Part shown: positions 8,407 to 16,458 of the stretch, one piece after another
Layout: every line of letters begins with the position of its first letter
Position numbering within the stretch: position 1 is the first letter of the stretch
From: Candidatus Saganbacteria bacterium
Lineage (GTDB): Bacteria > Margulisbacteria > WOR-1 > JAKLHX01
DNA: 32,000 nt
Assembly: GCA_026387835.1 (NCBI GenBank)
Contig: JAPLKZ010000007.1
Coordinates: 35,284 to 67,283 of the forward strand
Direction: 5' to 3'
Notes under the pieces: model-generated
Told to the model about the DNA's origin: nothing
The model's database searches: none
What the model saw: only the letters and a program-made list of their open reading frames with translations
Program-made: the position numbers and the translations under genes

Positions 8407-9507
8407 ATGCCAATCCCGATCTTAGACTTAAAAGCCGAATATAGATCAATTAAAAGCGAGATCGACACCGCTGTTGCGCAGGTGCTTGAAAGCGGCCATT
8501 TTGTACTCGGGCCAAATGTGGCGGCACTGGAAAAAGAGATCGCTTCTTACTGCGGGACAAAATACGGCGTCGCGGTCGCTTCCGGGACAGACGCCCTTTT
8601 CCTTTCACTTAAAGCGCTCGGGATAAAGGAAGGGGATGAAGTAATAATCCCGACACTGACTTTTTTTGCGACAGCGGAAGCGGTGTCTTATACGGGAGCA
8701 AGGCCGGTCTTTGCGGATGCCGACCCGGAAACACATAATATCGATGTCGAAAAGATAAAAAGTTCGATAACAAAGAATACAAAAGCGATAATGCCCGTAC
8801 ACCTGTGGGGACTTCCGGCGGAGATGGAAAAGATAATGGGCATCGCAAAAGAAAATGGTCTTTTTGTTGTCGAAGATTGCGCGCAGTCGATAGGCTCGGA
8901 ATATAATGACAAGAAAACAGGTTCTTTCGGGAATACCGGATGTTTTTCGTTCTTTCCGACAAAGAATCTCGGGGCTTACGGAGATGCGGGTATGATCGTT
9001 ACGGACGATGAAAAGATATTTGAAAAATTAAAACTTCTGCATTTGCACGGAAGCAAAGCCCGCGGGGTGCACGAGATGATAGGGTATAATTCAAGGCTTG
9101 ATGAGCTTCAGGCGGCGGTACTCAGGATAAAACTTAAATACATCGATATCTGGAACGGGAAAAGAAGGACCAACGCAAAATATTACACATCCAGGTTCTC
9201 ACAAGCCGGGATAAAATGTCCTGCTGAGCCGGAAGGCTTTAAACATGTCTATCATCAATACACAATTGAAGTGGACGACAGAGAAAAGGTATTGAAAAAC
9301 CTGACAGAGCAGGGTGTTTCTGCTTTTATCTATTATCCCAATCCCGCGCACCTTCAGGCTCCCTACAGGGAGCTTGGATACGGTGCAGGCGATTTTCCTG
9401 CGGCCGAAAAAATAGGAACCAGGATGCTTTCGATACCGGTGCATCCTTTCTTATCGACTGAGGATGTCAAGGCTGTAGCTGATGCCGTAGTGGAAGCAGT
9501 GAAGTAA
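8407..9507 (+). CDS. DegT/DnrJ/EryC1/StrS-family sugar aminotransferase
   Basis: SGHFVLGPNVAALEKEIASYCGTKYGVAVASGTDALFLSLKAL...FFPTKNLGAYGDAGMIVT. Start placed at ATG 8407 (SD AAGGAG at 8392-8397), not the track ATG at 8353, which overlaps the upstream CDS. Confidence 0.92.
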   Translation: MPIPILDLKAEYRSIKSEIDTAVAQVLESGHFVLGPNVAALEKEIASYCGTKYGVAVASGTDALFLSLKALGIKEGDEVIIPTLTFFATAEAVSYTGARPVFADADPETHNIDVEKIKSSITKNTKAIMPVHLWGLPAEMEKIMGIAKENGLFVVEDCAQSIGSEYNDKKTGSFGNTGCFSFFPTKNLGAYGDAGMIVTDDEKIFEKLKLLHLHGSKARGVHEMIGYNSRLDELQAAVLRIKLKYIDIWNGKRRTNAKYYTSRFSQAGIKCPAEPEGFKHVYHQYTIEVDDREKVLKNLTEQGVSAFIYYPNPAHLQAPYRELGYGAGDFPAAEKIGTRMLSIPVHPFLSTEDVKAVADAVVEAVK

Positions 9508-10034
9508 GGAAAAATGTCCAATTTCCAATGACCAATGTCCAATTAAGGAGTCGCCTGTGGCGACGGCATTTAAATGCAAAAACATGATATTTACGACAGA
9601 GTAACCGATTTTGTAGTAAGGGTTATTAAGTATTCAGAGAAAATATCAAAACTATTTTCGGGGAGAATTATTGCAAAACAAATGGTCCGGTCAGCGAGTT
9701 CCATCGGAGCGAATATGCAGGAGGCGGATGGTGCAACAACAAAAAAGGATTTTATAAACAAAATGGGCATCTCGAGAAAAGAAGCACAGGAAACCAGATA
9801 CTGGTTAGACCTATTGAAAAAGGCTGACATTATCAAGAACCATGGCAATATTTTAGAGCTCGATAATTTGCATAAAGAGAGCGATGAAATTTCAAAGATC
9901 CTGAGCAGCATCATTAATAAGACGATTAAGAATCAATAATGGTAATGGAAAAATGTCCAATTTCCGATGTCTAATGTCCAATAAATGAATAAATCATTAG
10001 GAATTGGAAATTGGCAATTGGACATTGGAAATTT
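9508..10034. repeat. Repeat-bracketed four-helix-bundle ORF: direct repeats 9508-9543 and 9947-9982 (33/36 identical), related inverted copy 10001-10034
   Basis: ggaaaaatgtccaatttccaatgaccaatgtccaat vs ggaaaaatgtccaatttccgatgtctaatgtccaat; gaattggaaattggcaattggacattggaaattt is a reverse-orientation relative. Confidence 0.8.
9574..9939 (+). CDS. Four-helix-bundle protein (23S rRNA intervening-sequence/S23 superfamily)
   Basis: SGRIIAKQMVRSASSIGANMQEADGA...FINKMGISRKEAQETRYWLDLLKKADII is the family signature; about 120 aa. Confidence 0.88.
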   Translation: MQKHDIYDRVTDFVVRVIKYSEKISKLFSGRIIAKQMVRSASSIGANMQEADGATTKKDFINKMGISRKEAQETRYWLDLLKKADIIKNHGNILELDNLHKESDEISKILSSIINKTIKNQ

Positions 10035-10060
10035 GTTTCGATGAAATTAAGTGTCTTCTT

Positions 10061-11170
10061 ATGGAAAAGATTAAATATTCAATAATCGGCGCAGGAGTAA
10101 TAGGTCTGGCCGTAGCTTATGCCCTTTCTCAGGACCAGAACGGCGAGATCGCGGTTTTTGAGAAGAACGATACTTTTGGGCAGGAAACCAGCTCCCGCAA
10201 CAGCGAGGTCATCCACGCGGGGATATATTATGTCAAGGATTCACTGAAGAGCAGACTGTGCATGGATGGCAATAAACTTCTCTATGAGTTCTGTGAAAAG
10301 AACGCTGTAAAGCACAAAAAATGCGGAAAGCTTATCGTGGCAACGGACGGAGAAGAAGTCAAAAAGATAGAGAAAATATATGCCAATGCTGTTTCAATGG
10401 GCGTGCCGGGATTAAAACTGATCGGGCAGGACGAAATAAAGAAATATGAGCCTGAGGTGTCCGCTTTAGGCGCTGTTTATTCAAAAACCACGGGAATAAT
10501 CGACAGCCACGGGCTTATGCAAAAGCTTTATGATCTGGCTAAAAAAAACAGGGTGATGTTTTCTTTCAAAAATGAAGTTATCGGCATCAGGAAAGAAAAA
10601 AATGGTTATGTTATAAAACCCCTGCAGGGGGACGAGGTCTTATCTGAGTTTGTAATAAACTGTGCCGGACTTGCGGGCGACAAGACCGCTGAGACGGCCG
10701 GTTTTGATATAGACAAGCTCGGATACAGGCTCCATTACTGTAAAGGCGATTATTTTGCGGTCCCGGGTGCGAACGGCAGATTAAGTCATTTAGTATATCC
10801 TCCGCCTCATGATAAAGGATATGGCCTGGGAGTCCACGCGACCATCGATCTGTCGGGACGTATCAGGCTCGGTCCGGATACTACATATGTGGACAGCATC
10901 GGTTATGATATCGATCCGGCGAAAGCAATAGATTTCTTTTCATCCGCAAAGAAGTTTCTGCCTTGGCTTGAAGAAAAAATGGTAGTTCCGGACACTTCAG
11001 GAATGCGCCCTAAGCTCCAGGGGCCGGATGACGGGATAAGAGATTTTGTGGTCAAAGAGGAATCGGACAACGGATTCCCGGGATTTATTAACTTAATCGG
11101 GATAGAATCTCCCGGGCTCACAAGTTGCCCGGCTATTGCTAATCTGGTCTCAAATTTAACAGGCAAATAA
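10061..11170 (+). CDS. FAD-dependent oxidoreductase, L-2-hydroxyglutarate dehydrogenase (LhgO)-like
   Basis: SIIGAGVIGLAVAYALSQ...ETSSRNSEVIHAGIYYVKDSLKSRLCMDGNKLLYEFC...HYCKGDYFAV. Start placed at ATG 10061; the track start 10004 reads through the repeat. Confidence 0.85.
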   Translation: MEKIKYSIIGAGVIGLAVAYALSQDQNGEIAVFEKNDTFGQETSSRNSEVIHAGIYYVKDSLKSRLCMDGNKLLYEFCEKNAVKHKKCGKLIVATDGEEVKKIEKIYANAVSMGVPGLKLIGQDEIKKYEPEVSALGAVYSKTTGIIDSHGLMQKLYDLAKKNRVMFSFKNEVIGIRKEKNGYVIKPLQGDEVLSEFVINCAGLAGDKTAETAGFDIDKLGYRLHYCKGDYFAVPGANGRLSHLVYPPPHDKGYGLGVHATIDLSGRIRLGPDTTYVDSIGYDIDPAKAIDFFSSAKKFLPWLEEKMVVPDTSGMRPKLQGPDDGIRDFVVKEESDNGFPGFINLIGIESPGLTSCPAIANLVSNLTGK

Positions 11171-12211
11171 ACTTCGTACCGCTTTCGTCGAGGGTTTTAT
11201 TATCCCTTTTTCTGTGATTATTCCTGTTATGTATTTTGCGGGTGTTACGTCAAAGGCGGGATTAAGCGCTTTGGATCCGGGAGAGCAGACTAAAATTTTT
11301 CTGATGACCCCTTTTTTATCAGGCCCCGTCTGATACAGGACTTCTTTCATATCCCTTTCCTCGATAGGAATATCTTTTCCCGAACCGCATTTCAGGTCAA
11401 ATGTCGAGGTGGGAGCGGCAACATAGAAAGGAATTCCGTATTCTTTGGCGCATATTGCTTTTTCAAATGTGCCTATCTTGTTTGCCGTATCTCCGTTGGC
11501 CGCTATCCTGTCCGCGCCGACAATCATAAGATCTACTTTTTCCCCTGACATCAGATATGCCCCGGCATTATCCGGGATTATCACGTGTGGGATATTTTCG
11601 TTCCTTAGTTCCCATGCGGTGAGCCTTGCACCCTGGCTTCTCGGTCTTGTTTCATCCACATACACAAATACTTCCTTCCCTTTCCTGGCAGCGGAATAAA
11701 CAGGGGACAGGGCGCTTCCCCAGTCGACAAAAGCAAGCCAGCCGGCATTGCAGTGAGTTTCAACTGCGTATCCGCTTTTTATCAGTTTCTCCCCGAACTG
11801 TCCGATCTTTCTGCAGCTTTCAGCGTCTTCGTCAGCAATCGCCAGGGCTTCCTGTAAAGCTGTCTTGCGCGGATCTTTTGAGCCGGAGCCCTTTTTAAAG
11901 ACCCTCTCGACCGCATAGAAGAGGTTCTGGGCCGTCGGTCTTGTGGATTCTATCTCCTTTTTAGCTTTGAGAATAAAGCTTTCAAAGCCCCTTTCAGGCG
12001 CCTCAAGATATGCCTGTGCCATCGCGAAGCCGGCCGCGGCACCTATGGCTCCCGCGCCGCGTACGGTCATTTTCTTTATTGCTACGCAGGTTTCTTTATA
12101 TGTTTTAGATCTGAATACTCTAAAAGTGAAGGGCAGCAGGTTCTGTTCGATCATGAACACAGAACCGTTTTCCATCGAAACAGTCCGGTAATGTTTTTTG
12201 TTGACTTTCAT
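11156..12211 (-). CDS. mtnA: S-methyl-5-thioribose-1-phosphate isomerase
   Basis: MTVRGAGAIGAAAGFAMAQAYLEAP...AHCNAGWLA-like THCNAGWLAFVDWGSALSPVYSAARKG...VYVDETRPRSQGARLTAWEL...VDLMIVGADRIAANGDTANKIGT...YVAAPTSTFD. Confidence 0.93.
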   Translation of the reverse strand: MKVNKKHYRTVSMENGSVFMIEQNLLPFTFRVFRSKTYKETCVAIKKMTVRGAGAIGAAAGFAMAQAYLEAPERGFESFILKAKKEIESTRPTAQNLFYAVERVFKKGSGSKDPRKTALQEALAIADEDAESCRKIGQFGEKLIKSGYAVETHCNAGWLAFVDWGSALSPVYSAARKGKEVFVYVDETRPRSQGARLTAWELRNENIPHVIIPDNAGAYLMSGEKVDLMIVGADRIAANGDTANKIGTFEKAICAKEYGIPFYVAAPTSTFDLKCGSGKDIPIEERDMKEVLYQTGPDKKGVIRKILVCSPGSKALNPAFDVTPAKYITGIITEKGIIKPSTKAVRSLFAC

Positions 12212-12217
12212 ATAGGG

Positions 12218-12245
12218 ATTATAGCAAATATTCGTTGCTTGACAA
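12218..12245 (-). promoter_or_regulatory. Candidate promoter TTGTCA-N16-TATAAT for mtnA
   Basis: Minus-strand -35 at 12245-12240, -10 at 12223-12218, ATG at 12211 (6 nt after the -10); no SD. Confidence 0.65.
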
Positions 12246-12268
12246 ATATAAAGGCGGTCATATAGGAT
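12239..12268 (+). promoter_or_regulatory. Candidate promoter TTGACA-N18-TAGGAT for the aldolase/alcohol dehydrogenase pair
   Basis: Consensus -35 at 12239-12244 sharing 5 bases with the divergent mtnA -35; SD AGGAGG at 12277-12282. Confidence 0.5.
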
Positions 12269-12288
12269 TATTCCTAGGAGGGGAAAAT

Positions 12289-13068
12289 GTGGACTGGGGA
12301 ATGCAGAATAGATTAAATAATCTTATGCCGGGCGGGCGGTGTTTTTTCATGCCCATTGATCACGGTTACTTTCAGGGCCCGACATCAGGGCTAGAAAAAC
12401 CGCGGGAGACCGTAAAGCCGCTTCTTCCTTATGTAGACGCGCTTTTTTGTACGAGAGGCACCCTTCGTGCGTGCATAGATCCAAAAAACACAAAACCGAT
12501 AGTGCTCAGGGTTTCCGGCGGAACCAGTATGGTCGGGAAAGATCTGGCAAACGAAATGATCACAACTTCGATAGATGAAATAATCGCTCTCAACGCGTCC
12601 GCGGTCGGGGTCTCGGTTTTTATCGGGAGCAGCTACGAGAAGGAAACTTTAAAGAACCTGACTGACATGGTAAACCAATGCGAGAAATATGGGATCCCCG
12701 TAATGGCAGTGACGGCCGTGGGCAGGGAAATGGAAAAGAGGGATGCCCGTTATTTATCATTATGCTGCCGGATAGCTGCGGAACTGGGTGCAAAGGTCGT
12801 GAAAACATACTGGTGCGATGGCTTTGAAAAGGTCGTTGAAGGCTGCCCTGTACCGGTGATCATAGCCGGAGGCCCTAAATGCAATACAGAGACAGAAGTT
12901 TTTGAGTTCGTACACGACGGGATGAAAAAAGGCGCGGTCGGGATAAATCTCGGGCGCAATGTCTGGCAGAGCCCGCATCCCGTAGCAATAGCAAAAGCCC
13001 TGCAGGCGATCATCCACAAAAATGCTTCGGTTAAGGAAGCTCTTTCTATCTTTAACAGCAGCAAATAG
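12289..13068 (+). CDS. LsrF/DhnA-type class I aldolase (DeoC/FbaB-like family)
   Basis: VDWGMQNRLNNL...FFMPIDHGYFQGPTSGLE...CTRGTLRACIDP...VTAVGREMEKRDARYLSLCCRIAAELGAKVVKTYWCDGFEKVVEGCPVPVIIAGGPK...GAVGINLGRNVWQSPHPVAIAKALQAIIHKN closely matches remembered E. coli LsrF. GTG 12289 with SD AGGAGG at 12277-12282 is preferred over the track TTG at 12235. Confidence 0.87.
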   Translation: MDWGMQNRLNNLMPGGRCFFMPIDHGYFQGPTSGLEKPRETVKPLLPYVDALFCTRGTLRACIDPKNTKPIVLRVSGGTSMVGKDLANEMITTSIDEIIALNASAVGVSVFIGSSYEKETLKNLTDMVNQCEKYGIPVMAVTAVGREMEKRDARYLSLCCRIAAELGAKVVKTYWCDGFEKVVEGCPVPVIIAGGPKCNTETEVFEFVHDGMKKGAVGINLGRNVWQSPHPVAIAKALQAIIHKNASVKEALSIFNSSK

Positions 13069-13083
13069 ATCAAAAACTAAACC

Positions 13084-14061
13084 ATGAAAGCAGCGCAGTA
13101 TCATAACAATAAGGATATCAGGATCATCGATATTCCTGTTCCCAAAATAGGCGAGGGAGAACTTTTAATAAAGGTCATCTCGAGCGGTATTTGCGGGACG
13201 GATGTCATGGAATGGTACAGGATAAAAAAAGCCCCGAGGATACTGGGCCATGAGATCGCAGGAGAGGTTGTCGAATCAAGATCTGATAAATTCAAAGTTG
13301 GTCAGAGGGTCTTTGTAAACCACCACGTACCTTGCAACAGCTGTAAATACTGCATGGCCGGGAACCACACTGCCTGCGAGACATTGCACAAAGGTAATTA
13401 TGATCCGGGCGGCTTTAGCGAATTTGTCAGGGTACCGAAAATAAATGCCGATGCCGGCACGTATTTGCTTCCAGATAGCGTTTCCTATGATGAGGGAACC
13501 ATGATAGAGCCGCTGGGTTGTGTAGTCCGCGGTCAGAGGTTGATCGACATTAAAAAAGGACAAACAGTCCTGATCCTGGGAAGCGGATTTTCCGGGCTCA
13601 TGAATATCAAAATGGCAAAGCTCAAGGGGGCTTATGTCATCGCAACGGATATAAACGAGTTCAAACTTAAGAAGGCAAAAGAATACGGTGCTGACAGGAT
13701 CGTAAATGCAACTACAAAGTTGGATATAAAAGCAGATAAGATAATCGTCTGTACCGGAGCATACCAAGCCATAGTTCAGGCTTTTGAAACGATAGACAGA
13801 AAAGGCACTATTTTGCTGTTCGCGATACCTGACAGGAATATCGAAGTCCCGACGGTAGATTTCTGGAGGAATGAAATAACGATGACATCATCCTATGGTG
13901 CGGGCCCGGTCGATCTTGAAGAGGCATTGACGTTAATAAATAACAAAAAAGTAGATGTTAAATCTTTTATTACACACAAATTTCCTCTTAATGATATCCA
14001 AAAGGGATTTGACACGGCAGCAAGCGCGAAAGATTCTATGAAAGTATTAATCAAGCCCTAA
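13084..14061 (+). CDS. Zinc-dependent alcohol dehydrogenase (MDR family)
   Basis: SSGICGTDVMEWYR...ILGHEIAGEVVE...VPCNSCKYCMAGNHTAC...VLILGSGFSGLMNIKMAKLKGA. Confidence 0.9.
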   Translation: MKAAQYHNNKDIRIIDIPVPKIGEGELLIKVISSGICGTDVMEWYRIKKAPRILGHEIAGEVVESRSDKFKVGQRVFVNHHVPCNSCKYCMAGNHTACETLHKGNYDPGGFSEFVRVPKINADAGTYLLPDSVSYDEGTMIEPLGCVVRGQRLIDIKKGQTVLILGSGFSGLMNIKMAKLKGAYVIATDINEFKLKKAKEYGADRIVNATTKLDIKADKIIVCTGAYQAIVQAFETIDRKGTILLFAIPDRNIEVPTVDFWRNEITMTSSYGAGPVDLEEALTLINNKKVDVKSFITHKFPLNDIQKGFDTAASAKDSMKVLIKP

Positions 14062-14067
14062 TTAAGG

Positions 14068-14595
14068 TTAATCTCCTTCAAACTCTGTTTGCGAGTACAC
14101 AGAGTAACCGGCGTCTTCCAGCTTTTTTCTCCCACCCAGGTCAGGCAGATCGACTATAAAAGCAAGCTCGATCACATCTCCTCCAAGCTTTTTGACGAGT
14201 TTTGTGGCTGCGGTTGCCGTGCCTCCGGTGGCAAGAAGATCATCAATAATAAGGACCTTCATTCCTTTTGCTATAGCGTCTTTGTGGATCTCGATGGCAT
14301 CAGTTCCGTATTCAAGGCTGTATTCTTCTCTTTCGATTTCTGCCGGAAGCTTCCCCTTTTTTCTTATAGGGACAAAGCCTTTACCCAGAACAAAAGCGAG
14401 CGCACCCCCAATAATAAAACCCCTTGAATCGATCCCCGCGATCATATCAATATCTTTCTCTTTGTACCGGTTCATAAAATCGTCTATGCAGAGTTTTAGG
14501 CCTACGGGATCTTTGAGCAAAGTGGTAATATCACGGAACATGATCCCCTGTTTGGGCCAGTGCGGAACGGTCCTTATCCTTGATTTGATAGGCAT
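14068..14595 (-). CDS. apt: Adenine phosphoribosyltransferase
   Basis: [20 protein letters not shown]...[17 protein letters not shown]...[11 protein letters not shown]...[20 protein letters not shown] (PRPP loop). Confidence 0.93.
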   Translation of the reverse strand: MPIKSRIRTVPHWPKQGIMFRDITTLLKDPVGLKLCIDDFMNRYKEKDIDMIAGIDSRGFIIGGALAFVLGKGFVPIRKKGKLPAEIEREEYSLEYGTDAIEIHKDAIAKGMKVLIIDDLLATGGTATAATKLVKKLGGDVIELAFIVDLPDLGGRKKLEDAGYSVYSQTEFEGD

Positions 14596-14597
14596 CT

Positions 14598-15323
14598 TTA
14601 TATCCTCCCTGCCACTTTGATCAGAAGTTTCTTCACTTTTTCGGCGTTATCCTTCATCCTTTGCATCACCATTTCATAAGTGACCGGTGCTTCATCGTCC
14701 TTCCAGCAGTCATAATCGGTAGACATCGCGATAGTCATGCCGAGCTCATTGGCAAGAATTACCTCGGGGCATGTAGACATGTTTATGATATCAGCGCCCC
14801 AGGCCCTGAACATATGGCTTTCAGACTTGGTTGAGAACCTCGGGCCTTCTATTGTGATAACGGTCACATCCTTGTTGTATGTGATACCCATCTCATCGCA
14901 TGTCTTGCATAATATGTCGGTCATGGCATTATCATACGGCTGGCTCATGGACGTGTGGACAACGCTGTCATGGAAATAGGTCAAGTTCCTATGCCTTGTA
15001 AAATCAATGAACTGTGACGGAAAAACCAAATTTCCGGGTTTGATCTCTGCCCTGAGGGATCCCACGGCGGTCACAGCCAGGATATGAGTGCATCTTTCTT
15101 CTTTAAGGGCGAACATATTAGCGAGAAAATTGATCTTAGTGGGGGAAATTGAATGGTTCTTTCCGTGCCTTGCAAGGATGACCACATCCGTCCCGTCTAT
15201 TTTTCCTGTTATAAGGGGAGAAGTGCAATGGCCAAACCTGTTGGATATCTTCTTTTCTTTTGGATTATCGAGGATATCCGGATTGTCCAGTCCCGAGCCG
15301 CCGATTATTGCTATTTTGGTCAT
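14598..15323 (-). CDS. mtnP: 5'-methylthioadenosine (nucleoside) phosphorylase
   Basis: [16 protein letters not shown]...[29 protein letters not shown]...[28 protein letters not shown]...[17 protein letters not shown]...[19 protein letters not shown]. Confidence 0.93.
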   Translation of the reverse strand: MTKIAIIGGSGLDNPDILDNPKEKKISNRFGHCTSPLITGKIDGTDVVILARHGKNHSISPTKINFLANMFALKEERCTHILAVTAVGSLRAEIKPGNLVFPSQFIDFTRHRNLTYFHDSVVHTSMSQPYDNAMTDILCKTCDEMGITYNKDVTVITIEGPRFSTKSESHMFRAWGADIINMSTCPEVILANELGMTIAMSTDYDCWKDDEAPVTYEMVMQRMKDNAEKVKKLLIKVAGRI

Positions 15324-15372
15324 ATAAACTCCTTTATTTGTAATTCCGTGTATATATTATAATACTACATAT

Positions 15373-15401
15373 ATTATAGATATCGCATGCCTTGTATACA
15401 A
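15373..15401 (-). promoter_or_regulatory. Candidate promoter TTGTAT-N17-TATAAT for mtnP-apt
   Basis: Minus strand -35 15401-15396, -10 15378-15373; leader with SD AAGGAGT before the mtnP ATG. Confidence 0.55.
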
Positions 15402-15407
15402 CCCTTG

Positions 15408-15436
15408 TTGACAAAAGAGATTAAAAAAGATAGAAT
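15408..15436 (+). promoter_or_regulatory. Strong candidate sigma70 promoter TTGACA-N17-TAGAAT for the pse operon
   Basis: -35 15408-15413, -10 15431-15436; SD AGGAG before ATG 15475. Confidence 0.75.
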
Positions 15437-15452
15437 GTTCAATAATTGAACA
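15436..15452. promoter_or_regulatory. Candidate operator palindrome TGTTCAATAATTGAACA over the predicted transcription start
   Basis: Perfect 8-bp arms around a central A; 15/17 identical to 7828-7844. Confidence 0.72.
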
Positions 15453-15474
15453 GTCAGTAAAGGAGTTTAAAAAT

Positions 15475-16458
15475 ATGAGTATATTTGACGGAAAAACGAT
15501 CTTGATCACAGGAGGCACGGGGTCTTTTGGGAACAGATTTACTGAAATTATCTGCTCGGAGCATAAACCGGAAAAAGTCATTATTTTCAGCAGGGACGAG
15601 TTTAAGCAATATGAAATGCAAGAAAGGCTGAGCGGTGAAAAATATAAAGTGCTCAGATTTTTTATCGGGGATGTGAGGGACAAAGAACGGTTGAACAGAG
15701 CTATGAGCAATGTGGATTATGTGGTGCATGCCGCCGCTTTAAAACAAGTGCCGGCGATGGAATATAATCCGTCGGAGGCGATAAAAACCAATGTATTTGG
15801 GGCAATGAATATAATAGACTGCGCGATACAAAACAGGGTCCAGAAAGTAATCGCTTTGAGCACCGATAAAGCGTGCAACCCCATCAATCTTTACGGGGCC
15901 ACAAAACTTTGTTCAGACAAACTTTTTGTTGCGGGCAATCATTACACACAAGGAGATAAGCCCAGGTTTTCTGTTGTTAGATATGGAAATGTTGTCGGAA
16001 GCAGGGGAAGTGTTATTCCGTTTTTTATCGAGAAAAAGAAAACCGGCGTTCTTCCGATAACGGACGAGAAGATGACGAGGTTCTGGATCACGCTGGAGCA
16101 GGGGGCTAGATTTGTCATTAAGAGCTTTGAGAGGATGTTCGGAGGCGAGATATTTGTCCCGAAGATACCGAGCATGCACATCGTAGATCTGGCAAGAGCG
16201 ATAGCCCCGGAATGCAAGATCGAGATTATCGGCATACGCCCGGGCGAAAAATTGCATGAAGTCATGATCTCCGATGATGACGCAAGAAACACGGTTGAAA
16301 TTGATTTTTCATATATTATTCAACCCGCGTTCCACTGGTGGGGCAACAGCAACCATACAAACGCTAAGCCTGTTCCTGAAGGGTTTCGCTTCAGCAGCGA
16401 TACGAATACGCAGTGGGTCACGGTTGAGCAGCTGAAACAAATGATAAAAGAAAAATGA
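15475..16458 (+). CDS. pseB: UDP-N-acetylglucosamine 4,6-dehydratase (inverting)
   Basis: FDGKTILITGGTGSFGNRFTE...KVIIFSRDEFKQYEMQ...AAALKQVPAMEYNPSEAIKTNVFGAMNII...STDKACNPINLYGATKLCSDKLF. Confidence 0.95.
   Translation: MSIFDGKTILITGGTGSFGNRFTEIICSEHKPEKVIIFSRDEFKQYEMQERLSGEKYKVLRFFIGDVRDKERLNRAMSNVDYVVHAAALKQVPAMEYNPSEAIKTNVFGAMNIIDCAIQNRVQKVIALSTDKACNPINLYGATKLCSDKLFVAGNHYTQGDKPRFSVVRYGNVVGSRGSVIPFFIEKKKTGVLPITDEKMTRFWITLEQGARFVIKSFERMFGGEIFVPKIPSMHIVDLARAIAPECKIEIIGIRPGEKLHEVMISDDDARNTVEIDFSYIIQPAFHWWGNSNHTNAKPVPEGFRFSSDTNTQWVTVEQLKQMIKEK

Noticed and set aside
11156-11170. 15-bp tail-to-tail overlap of the FAD oxidoreductase and mtnA as an annotation error
   Set aside because: Both stops read correctly (TAA on each strand); convergent overlaps of this size are ordinary.
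12289-13068. AI-2 (lsr) quorum-signal processing operon
   Set aside because: The aldolase is LsrF-like, but no lsrK, lsrR, lsrG or ABC transporter genes are nearby; the neighbours are MTA-salvage genes.
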